NCBI GenBank assembly: GCA_965153285.1
Contig: OZ229113.1
Direction: 5' to 3' (one strand)
Source: Podarcis tiliguerta
Taxonomy: Eukaryota
DNA length: 64,000 nt
Shown: piece after piece, positions 21,003-35,042 of the stretch
Layout: each line of letters starts with the position of its first letter
Position numbering within the stretch: position 1 is the first letter of the stretch
Program-made: the position numbers and the translations under genes
The notes under the pieces: model-generated
Database searches by the model: none
The model's input: only the letters and a program-made list of their open reading frames with translations
What the model was told of the DNA's origin: nothing

Positions 21003-24000
21003 AGTGAATTTATTCTTCCACAATGAAGCTCAAGGCAGTCTCCCATGTAGACCCTGATCAGACTCTGACCAAACCTATGCATGGTGCAGATGAAATTCAA
21101 AACAACATGTAGTACCTCCCCACCCCTATTTGTCTGTGAGGCTAAGTGAAAATGAATCATTCTGTCCATAAAAAGTGGCAATTTCCTCCTGACTGAAAAT
21201 GGGCTCAGGTATCCGATCCCTTCTGTTGCAGCCAACTTTTGAGGATGAAGCTACCTTGTGCATGACATCTAGCAAATCCTGCTCTAGTAATGTTGAGTGT
21301 GCAGAATAGGGATTGCATTGCACAGGGCATGCATTCTCAAACTGTGGTCTACATACGACTAACGACTTGTGCCAGTCAAGTAGTTATTGGAAAAGTTACA
21401 GAACAATTGAGATTTATTGTTTTTGCCAGAAGATCAAGGCTGTTTTGCCCGTGACCAGATTACTGAAAAAGCTAACAAGGCCCTGGTCTAAGGCCCATGG
21501 TTTTGACAATGGTGTTGGCACTGAAACTGGGGGGGGGGGGGAATATTGTAACTTAATTTTTCTTCATATTTAGCCATATTTTCAAGTTTTCTACAGTAGT
21601 AGTAGTTTGACAACCACTGGCATAGGGAATACCCTAAGTGACCATATGAAAAAGTATAAAGTATTAAGGAGGATACAACAGGGTCCAATGAAGGGATGTA
21701 GAGTCTGGAATTCACAAAGGTCACCATAATGTCTACAGCAGTAAAGTAAGATAGGGTCTTCCCTTCATCACTGATGATACCCATATAAGGCAGAAGGCCA
21801 ATCAGAAGCAGAATCTCTCATGGCACAATCTGAACTAGATTTAATTGACTTCTCTCATCCACAAGCACAAAAGAGGAAATTTAATCCTGTTTACCCAGAA
21901 TCAACTTTTATGTTGTGAAAGTCAAATAACAGAGCATGGAAACACCATGTAGGTTATCCTTTTATTTGAACAGCATGACATTGCCTGTGTGCTGTTATCT
22001 ACACAGTCAGGAATGATATAGTTTTAACTCCAGAGAAAGAACAAATTACGGCACCCTAAGGTAAAGAGAATTGAGAGCACCCAGACATCAGAGGGTATAA
22101 TTTATACTGATTTGATTGTGCATCCAATATTAGACTATGGAGCATTCAAAGAAAATTGAGCTTGAGAATATTCAGAAACTTAATTTAACTAATATGGAGG
22201 GAATGAAGCAAAACAATGCAGCATGCTTACATGCCATAAGCCGCTCTCACTTTTTTTTTAAAAAAAAAGATTACTTCAGATAAAAAGACGACAACCTTCC
22301 ATTTACAAGAAAACCTTGTGTCCTCTAGATGTGCTCATCCCACCATTCCTGACCATGTTTTTTTAGATCAACTGCCCTCTCTCATTTGTCCCTAATTTCC
22401 TAGTAGCCAATCTCTCCTTTGCTATAATAATGTGTGATGTAGTTTATGTGTTCCATCTGCTGTTAATATAGATGAAGAGCAGAGAAAGGGCTGCTGCTCT
22501 GGTTGCTGGGGGGAAAGCGCATTTTTAGGCTGAATTGTTCCTCCCCACTATTAATCAAATGTTGCAGCATCAGAGCAATGTGCATTGCCTTATGCCAAAC
22601 AGATTTCCTTGGCTGGCAGGGATGGGAATAGGACAATATGAGGCAAATTAAATGGTTTGTTGGTTTGTTTTGTATGTCACAATTGCATTTTTAAAAAATC
22701 TAAGCATTTTACAACAGATACAAACACAGGGGTTGAGGAGCATCAACTTGCTTGATCTACTCACTGACCCCCTCGCCAAATTTTGATGAGCATGAAAAAA
22801 ATAATAATCCAAAACTGAGAGTAAGAAAATGAGAAAAACCGAAGTTAAGATATTTATCCATCCTTGCTAACATTTTAATGTTCAGCATGCGTAATCAGAA
22901 AAAAAAAGTCCTGCATTCAGTGAGACTTACTTTGATGTAAGTATGTACAGGAGTGCAGCTTTAGTGTTTAATAGCTACCTATTTCCTTCTACTCTAATTT
23001 TCAGTGACCATGAGGTAACCATATTTGAAAAGATTTCAGTATCAAGAGATTAATATGGCTGTTTTCTCTGTGGGATGGAAGGTTAATTAATAGGGTAATA
23101 AAGAACAATCCTCCTTTGCTATAGGTAGCAAGAGAACTCACTTATATTAAGGGGACATAGTTAAGCATTCCTCTTTGGCATTAATAACTACCATTTTGGA
23201 ACTAAATAATTTCCATTTAGCTAAGTGTACCTAGAGGCTGAGTATATTAGATCTTACTAATGCATGCAATTAATAAGAAGAAAAAGTACCTTTCAGCACC
23301 AGGGCCCTCTTTTCCATTATTTTAATCCTCCGAGATTCCCCTTATGCTCATGACATAGTATGTATCCAAATGAGTCAAGGGATAACTAAAACATTTAGCT
23401 AATCATAACTTCATATAAAACTTTATGGATGTAATTTATATAGCATTTAATCCACTGACACAGGGCAGATGAAGAACAAGTAAAGGAGTTTTCACAACTC
23501 CTACGATAAGCAAATTGTCAATAGCCACAAAGTGTCAGTAAGAAGCTGAAGAAAGGTCTAAATAAAATGACGGATAATGAAGAATGGTTAATTAAAGTGT
23601 TTAAAATTTGGATATTAATCTCTCTAAAGCATGCAAGGGAAGGAAAATAATCCTCCAGCTGTTTGCGCATGAATTTTTGGAGCTATATCACTAGCAATTT
23701 CCCCCTTTTGTATTGTAAATAATATGCATTAATATGTATATATTATAACTGAATAATAAAATATATTGATTTACTTGAGAAATTACAGATTGCATGCAGC
23801 AAGTCAAGTGGTTCCCCCCTCAGGATGGTTGCTGAATTCTTGAAATAACTGGATGAAGCACAAGACATAGCTAGCCACAGTCTGCATATATTGAGAAGCA
23901 GACTGCTAGACTTGAGCTTAGCCATTTCAAGAACCCTGCTTCACAACCTACTGTTGTGTCAAGCTGAAACTTGGAAATCAGCTCCTTTCCCTGAAATAGA

Positions 24001-24274
24001 TTATCATTTCTCTCTACCTCTTCCTCCTCTTCTTAAATCTATCTTTCCTGCCTCGTAGAAACCCCTTGTGGCAAAACCATGTCACGTGAATTTGTCGTTT
24101 GCCCTGGGGTATTTAGCCCTGAATTTTAGCTGCCAGATTCATACCACTACTCTCTAGTATCACTCCTTATTATCACTACATTAAGATATCCCACTTCCCT
24201 CTATCTCTATGTCTATCTTGGCAACATGTTAAGCTTAAACTGATGGTCTAGACAATATGGGTTTGGGTACTATG

Positions 24275-24459
24275 TGTTGTTGTTGTTTAATCATTTAGTC
24301 ATGTCTGACTCTTTGTGACCCCATGGACCAGAGCATGCCAGGCACTCCTGTCTTCCACTGCCTCCCACAGTTTGGTCAAACTCATGTTAGTAGCTTGGAG
24401 AACACTGTCCAACCATTTCGTCCTCTTTTCTTTTCTTTTCTTCTCATGAGGTGGCCAAA
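24275..24459 (-). mobile_element. BovB/RTE LINE 3' fragment with internal deletion
   Basis: (ttg)n tail followed by the reverse complement of the 34800-35040 sequence. Confidence 0.85.
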
Positions 24460-24835
24460 TTGTACTTGGGACTTCAAGTCACAAAGCCATGCTGACCACC
24501 ATTTTGATTTTATGAATAAATACCCCCCCCTATTTTTAACCCAAATTTCAACCCAGCAATTCTTGCTAATTTCTCCAAGTAATTAAAGTAATTGAAGGCG
24601 GAGTGTAATCATCACCACATGGTGCAATGAACTCTGGCAATAAGATCTCAAGTATCACACATCTGTGAACACAGGTATAGACATGGGAGTTAGTGCAAAA
24701 TATGAGTGGGCAAATATGCACACTTGGGGATCGACTCAGCTAGGGAAAGTCAGGAGAAGTTCTTTTACTACTGCAACAGGGCTTTATGCCTCCTCCCTTG
24801 GTAACATAGATTATGCTCTAAAATCAAAACAAATA

Positions 24836-25077
24836 CAGTGGTACCTTGGTTCTCAAACTCAATCCGTTTTGGGAGTCCGTTTGACTGCCGAAACTGTTTG
24901 GAAACCAAGGTGCAGCTTCCAATTGGCTGCAGGAGCTTCCTGCACTCAAGCAGAAACCATGTTGGATGTTCGGCTTCCGAAAAAAGTTCACAAACTGGAA
25001 CACTTACTTCTGGGTTTGCAGCATTCGGGATCCGATTTGTTCGAGAACTAAGGCATTTGAGAACCAAGGTACCACTG
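24836..25077. mobile_element. Tc1/mariner-type MITE (family 2)
   Basis: TIRs cagtggtaccttggttctcaaa / tttgagaaccaaggtaccactg with TA TSD. Confidence 0.88.
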
Positions 25078-26838
25078 TAGTGGTAATTCAGAAACAAATA
25101 AGATTGATGTTCCATAAATCAAATCTGCTCCATATGGAATTACTAAAGGCAAATTAACAGAGTAAAATGGATAAAATGTTAACTCACCATACCCCCAAGA
25201 CTATTGGTATGCAAGAGCTTCTGACATAAATAAAGGCTACTTAACATCTTCAGCACAGTACAGTCAAGGTTTTGCAACCCAAAGAAATACTATTTGTCTG
25301 TCTACTGGCATATAAACTGTGTACTGGTGGATTTGTTTATTTTATGACTGTGAGGGACAGATATCCAGTCATTTGGATTCATCATTTGCAAAGAGAATAA
25401 TGCATGTGGTGAGCCTCTTCCTTGCAATTTGTGTAAACATTATCAATGGAGTAGTTCTAAGGAATGGGATCAAAGGCTCAGTTTATGGACTAGAAAGGTA
25501 CTGCTGTAGCAACTGTTGCAGTGGGCTGCAGTCCTATGAGGCTTCAGTTGCAGCTGGGTGCAAAGAGCATTATTCAGCTTCATTGCCTGGGGGGCTGCCA
25601 ATCCTACTTCCACAAACAACCTTGAATCACCAAATATTGATTGAACTATAACCCTCCATCACCCCCAGCTAGCATGACTACTGGTCAGGTGATGTGGGGA
25701 CTGAACAAGAGGCAAAGTAAGGGCACTCCCCCCAATAGCAATGGTGGGAGTAAATAACTTAAATACATTTAGGGGAATCATTGGGATACTCAGGATTAGT
25801 GAGATTAAATACACTTAAGCCCTCAAGAGGAAGGGCATCTTGCTGCTTCTTCAGTCAACTCTAATGCCACCCTAAAGTAGACTAGAGGGGAGATACATTT
25901 TAAAGGACACCTTTTGATGCAGGGCTTTGATTTTTGTCTCTCTCTCTCTTTCCCCCCTCTGCCTTTTACAGAGTACTTATGAAAGTTATGAGTTTATGAG
26001 CCCTTGAGAATAAAGCTTTTAAATATTTTATTAATTTACAGATGGTAGAGCAGAGGGCCGAACAGTACACCTTTCCCCACATTGCCCATTATTGAGGCTT
26101 AACCTTGAACAAGAAGAAAGCTCTTTCTTCAGATAAAATACAAGTTGACTTCGCTATTCAGTCTGTCCTTTGCCCCTGTGCTTGGACATGCAATAAGAGC
26201 TGTGGTTAGTGATAAGTACTGTGATGACAGGTGCCTGCTGGGCTAAGATCTCCTTTCCTCCTAAAGAATGCATTCATCTCCTTTATAAACTGTGACATCT
26301 TTCTCTACGGGAACTGCCAAGAGAATGCTTATGACACAGCTGAAGTTTGGTCTGATCCGGAAATGTAAGTCGGATGTACAAATTGCTTTCATTACACCTT
26401 TGCACAGGTAACATTTTAAGAAACCCAGTTAATAAGTACTTATTGTCAATGTATGGTCCACAGGTGAAGCATTCCTCTTCTGTCAAGATTTTTTTTTTTT
26501 TTTTTTTAAGGTAGTGAGATTTCTGACTGCACACACTTCTCAAAGCATAAAACAAGGAAACGCCTGCAACACAACTGAGGGAATTCTTACACAATCTAGG
26601 ATGGGGCATTTTGAGGGAGAGGATATCTCCCAACATCAGACTTGTATCCTAAGATAACTTAAGGCAGTTCATGAAAGTAATGTTCCTCATCTTCTCCTCC
26701 TCCCCTCCTGCCCCATTCCACATTGCTTAGGAATTCTCTCTTGCTTGTATCTCTGAAAGAGGATTTTCATGGCTGCAGGTAGTTGCAGGAAGGAGGAAGG
26801 GGTGGGAATCATCCCTTCCATGAGCTTACTTCTGAGTA

Positions 26839-27205
26839 AAGGGAGCAGGTGGCGCTGTGGTCTAAACCACTGAGCCTCTTGGGCTTGCTGATCAGAAGGT
26901 CACCAGTTTGAATCTGTGTGACGGGGTGAGCTCCTGTTGCTCTGTCCCAGCTTCTGCCAACCTAGCAGTTCAAAAGCACGCCAGTGCAAGTAGATAAATA
27001 GGTACCACTGTGTTGGGAAGGTAAATGGCATTCTCATGCAGAATGACACTTGTCACGGTGCCCCGTTGCTCTAGAAGCAGTTTAGTTATGCTGGCTACAT
27101 GATGGGGAAAGCTGTCCATGGACAAACGTTGGTCTGAAAAGCAAGATGAGCACCACAGCCTTTGACTGGACTTAACCATCCAGGGGTCCTTTTACCTTTA
27201 CCTTA
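26839..27205 (+). mobile_element. Sauria-type SINE
   Basis: 5' ggtggcgctgtggtctaaacc, (accttt)-type tail, TSD cttacttct(g/t)agta at 26825-26838 and 27206-27219. Confidence 0.88.
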
Positions 27206-27714
27206 CTTACTTCTTAGTATGCATACATGTGCTGATAAGGACATCCCAATTAATACAATTAGCCTTACTCCCTAGTAAATATAGGATGGAGCCAGCCTAA
27301 CTTATCATAGGACCCAAGTAATTATTTATGGGGAAATGGGAGTGTTATTTATAAAACATCCTCTAGGTCAGCTGCCATCACAACATCCTGTGGCAAGTGC
27401 ATCCACTGGATGGTCTGTGAAAAAGAAACTGTTGCCTTCCCACCTTTCCTTTCCTTTTTTTTGGGGGGGGGGGCAGGCAGTCTTGAAAGCAGGATCTGGC
27501 CTCAAGAATCTTAGAAAATGAGCCACTGTTCTTTCTCTTGTGCACGGGTCGTTATTAAGGTCTTTAATCTTTTCCATCTGTATCCTGTTTCTGTGATAAG
27601 AATAGCAGTGCTTTTATGTGCTTTCATCCAGGTCATGTCTAGGTTTCTGCCCAAGCTATATTCCTGTGCATTATGCATCTTTGCATCCCTTGCTTTGCAG
27701 CAGGGATTAGGATC

Positions 27715-27827
27715 ATGTGATGCTGAAGATGTCATTCAACTCCCATAAGCCACATCCCACATGGTTCAGGACTAATGAGAATTGTAGTCTAGTAGCATCT
27801 GGAGGGCCACTGTTTCCCCAGTCCTGC
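27715..27827. repeat. Short dispersed squamate repeat (…gtagtc…catctggagggccac…ttcccca…)
   Basis: Related copies near 15120-15200, 50670-50730 and 63430-63517. Confidence 0.5.
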
Positions 27828-30114
27828 CCCACAGATTATTTACATGATTTCTGACTCTGGCTGTTCCCTGTTCATACACTGTCCCCATTTTGAGACACAT
27901 ATTTAAAAGTAAAGAGGAGGCGGCAGTAATTTTACATTCATCTACAAGGCAACTATGCTTAATTAACTCATTTTCAGAATATGGTTGATGGTATCTCTTA
28001 AATTATCACAGTTGTATAAAGGAAAAGAGATCAATTATTGCATCTTGTCTGTATCAAGGAAGTAGTACTCGACTGATTTATACACCATGTTTTCTATTAT
28101 ACTGTATCATTTATCTAGTCAAGTATTAATTAACCATTCATTCTAAGTTTTCCCAGAAATTGCAACAGCATCTCAGAAACACATATCTATAAATAGCCTT
28201 CATGACAATGTGATGGGAATATATAAAAGTGGCCTGTAATCCTAAGCAATGCAAATGTTTGTCTGTAGATCACCACCTTCTGCACCTTAGAATAGTCTCC
28301 CCAAGGTGCCTGTCTTGATGTCACTTTGGTACCAGGCATTAATGAGACTATTAGTTCTTCTGTGCCAGTTTCTAATATTTCCCTTACACAGCATCACTTG
28401 TTGGGTTATGGATCTTTGGCTTTTACCACCACATTGTGCTAAATGTAATTAATGCCAGTGGGTGTGGTTTGATGCAACTGCTGATGTCATTGGACATGTC
28501 ATCACTCATTATGCACTTGCATGCTTCTGTTTCCCCATGATTCATTCATGAAAATGGCAGGACAGAACTGTTTGGCAGAATACTACCCCCAATGTCATCA
28601 CATGGTGTAAACCATCAAAACCACAGAGAAATTGTAGTGCAAAACCCCCACAATTTTCCAGGTTAACAAGGTTGCAAATGACTATATTTCTGGAAGTAAC
28701 TAACACAGAGACTAGTCTTAAACTTCCACTAGATTTTGCTAGATAGTTAAGAAGTTGCTTTTGCGTTGTGTGAAAGATAAGATAAAATTGAGACATTATT
28801 AGGGAAGGAAACATGAGGAAAACAGAATAAAATGCTGTCTGAATGCAACCTAGCTCTGTTCTTATATAAAGTGCTGTTATTTCTTATTGGCTGATTTTTA
28901 TCTTGTATCTTAATTTTTTTAATGATTGTTAGGAGTTTATGTTTCTCTCTCTCATTTTCAGTCTGAGCATAGTTATATTGAAGGTGCAGGATTCAAGGTG
29001 AGCAAATGAATTCATTAATACATTGTCCTCTTTCATTGTAGCATATTGGGCTCATCACCCTTAAAACACCAAGCCTTTCTTTGCCCTACCACTGTTTTCC
29101 AGTCCTTCAAGAAGATGGGAGCCAGAACCAATTCAAAATGCATAATGATTGCACACAGAAAGAGAAATTACTTAAACATGCCCATGTTTCATTCTGGTTG
29201 GGGACCAGAATGTATTTATTTATTTATAAAGTCTGTCTGATCATCCAATTGTTGCCTTTTATTGCATTGCACAATCACTGGCGGCTTGCAAAGAATGGTT
29301 AAGGTTTTGTTCTGAATCCAGACAAAAACAGCAATTCAGTTCCATTCTTGGCACAGATTCAGGTTTGGTTTGATTCTCTGCTCATAGCTGTTTTTGGTAC
29401 AATTTCTCAGCTCTCTGTCAGCTCAACTGTTACCTCCCTTTGAGTGGCTGCAGTTCAGATATCTTTGCCCAGATACATTAGCATTTCCTCCCAAGATGAA
29501 TTTCATTTCATGGCCACATTCTTAATGCCTTTAGGACCTATTATACCACTAGTTTATCCTCAATGATGTTTAAAACAGTTTCTAATTAGGATCCTCTATA
29601 AATTTAATTACCAAGCTATTTACCTTCTCTTCCAAATCATTAATGAAAATGCTAAATAACACCAGGGGTCCCACCAGTATAGCTTCTTACTGGATATACC
29701 ATCTCAATTTTGATAGATTGCCATAAACATTTTTACAGTCTACTTCTCAATTTTTGGCTAAGGTGATCGTGCTATTATTCCTGTCATTATTCAAAGAAAG
29801 TTTTCATGAGACACAATTGTTGTCATAAAATTCCACGTCGGAGCTGAAATTAGTCTTCTTTATTAAAAAAATATGATGCTGAATTTGCAAATATAAAGAG
29901 TAAGCACATTTGAATGAGCCCCGTTGTGCTTTTCTGCTTGTGAAAAAAGAATTCCATCATAAAAAAGAACTTGAAAATCAAGTTTCACACAGTGAGTTGG
30001 GGCTATTTATAATTGGGTGCAATGTTCACAAATACAGAGGAACCTACTTTTAATGTTAATATATGCATAGAGCAGACTGTACATGGGCTGGAGATAAACC
30101 AGAAGCACAACACA

Positions 30115-30480
30115 ACTATTCATTTATTTAGAAAAATTTGTAAACTGCTTGAACACAAAGCCATCTAAGTGGTATACATAATAAACCTTTCAATGAAAAG
30201 CAGCTAAAACCACAAAAACGTATTTGTTAAAAAAACAAATATATGTATAACAATGATTGATTGAAAAACAGATAAAATCAGTATGTGTATGTATATGCCT
30301 TCTTTGGCTTGTTGTTGTTTTTTTAATAGCCAGTGTCTATAAAATATATAGTAAAGGTGTCAGTCTAATGCCAATTGGCAGCGTGCTCCAAAGTATAGGT
30401 GTGGCAACACTAAAAGATTAACTCTTTCTTCTCAAGCAGTTGTGGAGGGAGGGCAGCACCATCAAGCTCAGCCCCACACT
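30115..30480 (-). mobile_element. Degraded L2-like 3' end
   Basis: ttta-rich tail and a gttccaaag...ggcaacactaaaag pattern typical of L2 3' regions. Confidence 0.35.
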
Positions 30481-33182
30481 TCCCCTCTCATGAAGGAGAC
30501 AGAATGCCTGAGTACAGTCAAGTATCTTTCACATTTTCAGCCTGATCATATTACACTTGCATAAGGATAAATTGCTGGGCTTGCTTTAAAACACTAAAAT
30601 GCATGCATTCATTTTATAAAACTAAAATCAGAATTATCCCTGAGACACTTGCTTAAAGCTTATGGTTGACTTGAACTTCGGGCATTTATGCTTCTAGCTC
30701 AAAAGTAGGGGTTTCAGAGAATTCTGCCAGAAATAGCCAAAGGTGTGGAAATTCCTGAGATCTGGATGTGCCCTGGCAGTGCAATTCTAGGCATGTTTTC
30801 ACAATCTCATTGTGTACAACAAACTGTGTAGAGGATGTGCAGAGGATTCCAGACACAATTTGTTAAAAACTGTAATTCTTACAGCACTATCCTATGCACA
30901 TCTGCTGAAAAGCAAATCTTTATTTTCAGTGAGGCTGGTTCACTGCAGTCATAACCACTTGGAAAGCCATATTTCTACAGTCTGTGTCTGCAAGCCCAGA
31001 CAGCATGGTTTGTAATATCTTGCAAGTAGCTTTAGTGGCAAAAACTTCAATATACACAGGTCAAACGTAATGCATGCAGCATACTGACAGTGGTACAGTA
31101 TTATGGCGCTGTACGCACAAAGCCATATCTTCTGTCCTTTCTATGTTACTCAGGATCTTCTGTGATAATCTCTAAATTCTACTTGATAATAAAACTAATT
31201 TCTCTACCAAGATTCAACTGACTGCTTATTATAGGAATGGCATTTTCTATCTTTAAAGTTCTTTCCCTCCCTCCCTTCAAAGTAACTGGGGAACTTTTAT
31301 ATTTCTTCAATGCAGGGACCACATAAAAACCCTTTTCTAAACACTTCTTCTTAAATCACCTTGGCTCTTAAGAATCTCCTCAGGCACAGGCTCCAAGAGA
31401 GAGGAAAAGCCTTTGACTGATAGATGGATACCAGACAATAAAAGATGAACATCCTTCTCTGTTTTTATTACCTCCCCTGTCAACAGTCCACATGCTTCAA
31501 ATGCTGTGTCTTCCATTGGGTCACTCACTTATATGTCATCCTCAGTTGTTGGCACTTACAATAAATGTCTATTGAAGCTGTACATGTGAAAGACGCTTTA
31601 CATGTTCACTTACAGGAAACCATCTCTATCTAAATTCTCAACAATGCACCATCCTGAAAGATTATCTAGGGCAGTGTCACACTGTGGCTACAATCCTACT
31701 GAAGTTAGACTTAAGTTTATTGAAACCAATTTGCTAAGGTGCGTCAAACTCTGTGATGAATTGTGAGCTGTATCTTTTGGACATGGCGGGTTCATAGTGG
31801 TGCAGTATTAAAACTGCTAGCATATGTGCAAAGTTAAGCAGGGTCCGGGATGGTTTCAAATTGGATGGGGGACCATCTGTCAAGATTCTGGCATTGACCC
31901 TCAGGATACCCTCCAACTTTCCAATTCCATGTTTTTGTGAGAGGGATAGACATGGGTGGGTTAAATGTGCTATGAACATGTTGTATGACTGAGAGCTCTG
32001 GGTGGCCATTGTGACAACAGGATTCTGGACTACATGGGCAATGACCTGACCCTCCTCTTATATTCCTCTGTTCCTAATAACTCATCTGCTTTCTGGAGGA
32101 CAAAGAACCAGTTGTATCAGACTTTTACATACACAATTCAAATATCCTGATGCGTGACAATATCATTTCCACATTGACTCCTCTTCTCCTAGGACAATGT
32201 GTTTCAAAGGCATTTATTAAGATGCGAACCATTTTATAGAACAAAGTTATGTGGAATTAATTGAATATATATATATATATTAGCAGCAAGGACAAAATCA
32301 TATCACTAAGGAAATACAAATGGTCACTAAAAATAAACTTAGCATGTGGTGTTCCTAGGAAACCTACACAGATGCTTTAAAGTCACCTCTCAAGATTGAC
32401 GACCTTTGCAAAATTGTTCTGAAACAACCTTGAACTCAACATGCCACCTAATATAATGCATGCTTATTCAGAAGTAAATCCACTAAATTCAATGGCTCTT
32501 ACTCTCCAGTAAATGTGCATAGGAATGCTGACTTGCTTGCTCCCATGCGGACAGGCTGTACTTGAACTGATTTCCAGGGCCCAAGGTGGGTGTGCACCAT
32601 GCCTCCCCAATTTTCCTAGTCATATTTATAGTGGCTTCTGCAAAACCAGCCATTTAGGAAATGCTTGGTATGGAAAAATGTGCTTGTTTATGCAGCACCA
32701 CCATTTTTTTTTTACAAAAAATAAATAAATAATTTTTTTTTAAAAAAAACCTAGCAACAAAAAAATGAGATTTACCTGGAAAACCCAAAATAAGAAGTAT
32801 TAAATTGAGTTCAATTAAAACATCACTGTTCAATAAATTTCAAACTCTACAGAAGCAGCAGAGAAGATCTTTCAACAAATTTCCAAATGTCTGGTGAAAA
32901 AATATATGATGTCAATCACCCTGAGATTTGAGGAAGAAAGATATACAAATTTAATAAATAATATTAATAATATTCAATTATTTCTATTACTAATAAGGTG
33001 TTGCAAGTGCCCAAGAGCTAGTGAGATACTTGTCCCTGCTGCCTTAACACATCAGTAGAGTTAATTATTTGCATGAAGAATTTCCCAAGTTCAATTCCTA
33101 GATCTCCAGGAAGGGCTGGGGAAAAGACACCTATCCAAAACCAGAAGTACTATGGCTAGCCAGGGTAAAAAATGAGTTACAG

Positions 33183-33460
33183 CAGTGGTTCCCAAACCAT
33201 TTTAGTCCACCATCCATGTGGCTCCCCAGTGCCCCCTACACTACCCTACAAGAAAGCATTATTCAGAATAGTAGTTTGCACAACCTACTCAAGTTAACAC
33301 AATAAAATTCAGAACAGTAACCATTAATTGCACATTTGTTCCAAATTATTTAGTTTAATTCAGCAACAATGATTAACTTGATTTTGTGATGCCACCTGAT
33401 ACCAGTGCCCCTTGCCTAGGTAACCCACCATCCCCTAGGGGGTATTGCCAACTAGTTCTG
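33183..33460. mobile_element. Degraded hAT-like MITE
   Basis: Starts cagtggttcccaaacc with gccccc subterminal motifs; right end eroded. Confidence 0.45.
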
Positions 33461-34438
33461 AGAGGTCTGACTCAGTAGAAGGCATTTTGTTATGTTCTCA
33501 TTTTAACCTGATTAGCTCCCCTATTTTTTTTCTTTTTTGAAGGTAATGATCTTTTTATACAACCTTGTCAATATAGCATATGGACTCTGACCTAATTCTC
33601 AGCTGAACAGACTCTTCCAAATCTGGATTTTTATTTATGTAAAGTTCCTAAGGAACAACAAAACTTTCTTATCCATTGCTGTGGGCTTATACAAATAAAA
33701 TGAGTGAACGTTGCAATTGACCCATACAAAAAATAGTCATAAGGAAGCCTCAGACTATAAGAGAGCTTTTGTTCACTTGTAATCTGTCAGACATAGCATT
33801 GCATAATTAAACAGAAAGGCTTTTAAGCACATGTTTACATAAACGATGTTCTAAAGTGATGCTGACAAAATGCTCCATGTACAACTGAAAAGGTCTGATA
33901 ACTTCAGGGCATGGAGGTGAAAGCAAATTAGTGTAATTCATGACTACACTTGAAAATGTCCTGATATTGTATTAAGAAGTGTGAGTCATGACTCATAAAT
34001 GCTTTAACTGAGGAGTGAAGGTTAAAACACACAGCTCATGAATTACTTACAGGCCAATTCTGCAGTTCTTTCTAGCACTTGTTCACGCGACTGCTTCCAT
34101 TGGCGATAATGTGATTACCTTTGGGAATAAATGTTATTTGGTGTAAGGGTTGAACTCTCTGCCTTCTGAGAAAAAAAGATCAATAGTTCCAACATAATTT
34201 ACCTGTTTAAATCAAATGTGGCTTGAGCATTCAACTGCATAGCCTCCAGCAAAAGAACGAAAAAAGAGGCATAACTCAAGCATAATTATGAATATCGCAG
34301 CCAGGACCGGGGCTTTGGGTCAAACAAGCTACGATGCAAGTTATCAATAAGCCGCATCAACAAGTGTGATCCATAGCAGTGGAAGATGGAGATTAGCCCT
34401 TTCCTTCCATGTCATTTCCCCAATCTAGGGAGGAATTT

Positions 34439-35042
34439 GCCTGTTGTCTTTGTCCATGGAGTTTTCTTGGCAGGGATACTGGAGTGGCTTGCCGGTTCCT
34501 CCTCCAGGTGGATCATGTTTGGTCACAACTCTCCACTATGACCTGTTCATCTTGGGTGCCCTGCTCGGCATAGTTCATAGCTTCTCTGAGTTATTCAAGC
34601 CCCTTCGCCACAGCAAGGCAGTGATCCATGAAGGGGCAGTGATCCATGAAGGGGGCAGTGATCCATGAAGGTGCTGGAGTGATCCATAGTGCTGGAGGAG
34701 ACTCTTGAGAGTCCCATGGACTGCAAGAAGAACAAACCTATCCATTCTTAAGGAAATCAGCCCTGAGTGCTCACTGGAAGGACAGATCGTGAAGCTGAGG
34801 CTCCAATACTTTGGCCACCCCATGAGAAGAGAAGACTCCCTGGAAAAGACCCTGATGTTGGGAAAGATGGAGGGCACAAGGAGAAGGGGACGACAGAGGA
34901 TGAGATGGTTGGATTGTGTTCGCGAAGCTACCAGCATGAGTTTGACCAAACTGCGGGAGGCAGTGGAAGACAGAAGTGCCTAGCGTGCTCTGGTCCATGG
35001 GGTCACGAAGAGTTGGACATGACTAAACGATTAAACAACAAC
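34439..35042 (+). mobile_element. BovB/RTE insertion with inverted 5' segment
   Basis: Sense 3' part 34690-35042 encodes the RTE RT C-terminus (RVPWTARRTN...LEKTLMLGK...GRQRMRWLD) and ends in (caa)n; 12-bp TSD agggaggaattt at 34427-34438 and 35043-35054. Confidence 0.88.
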
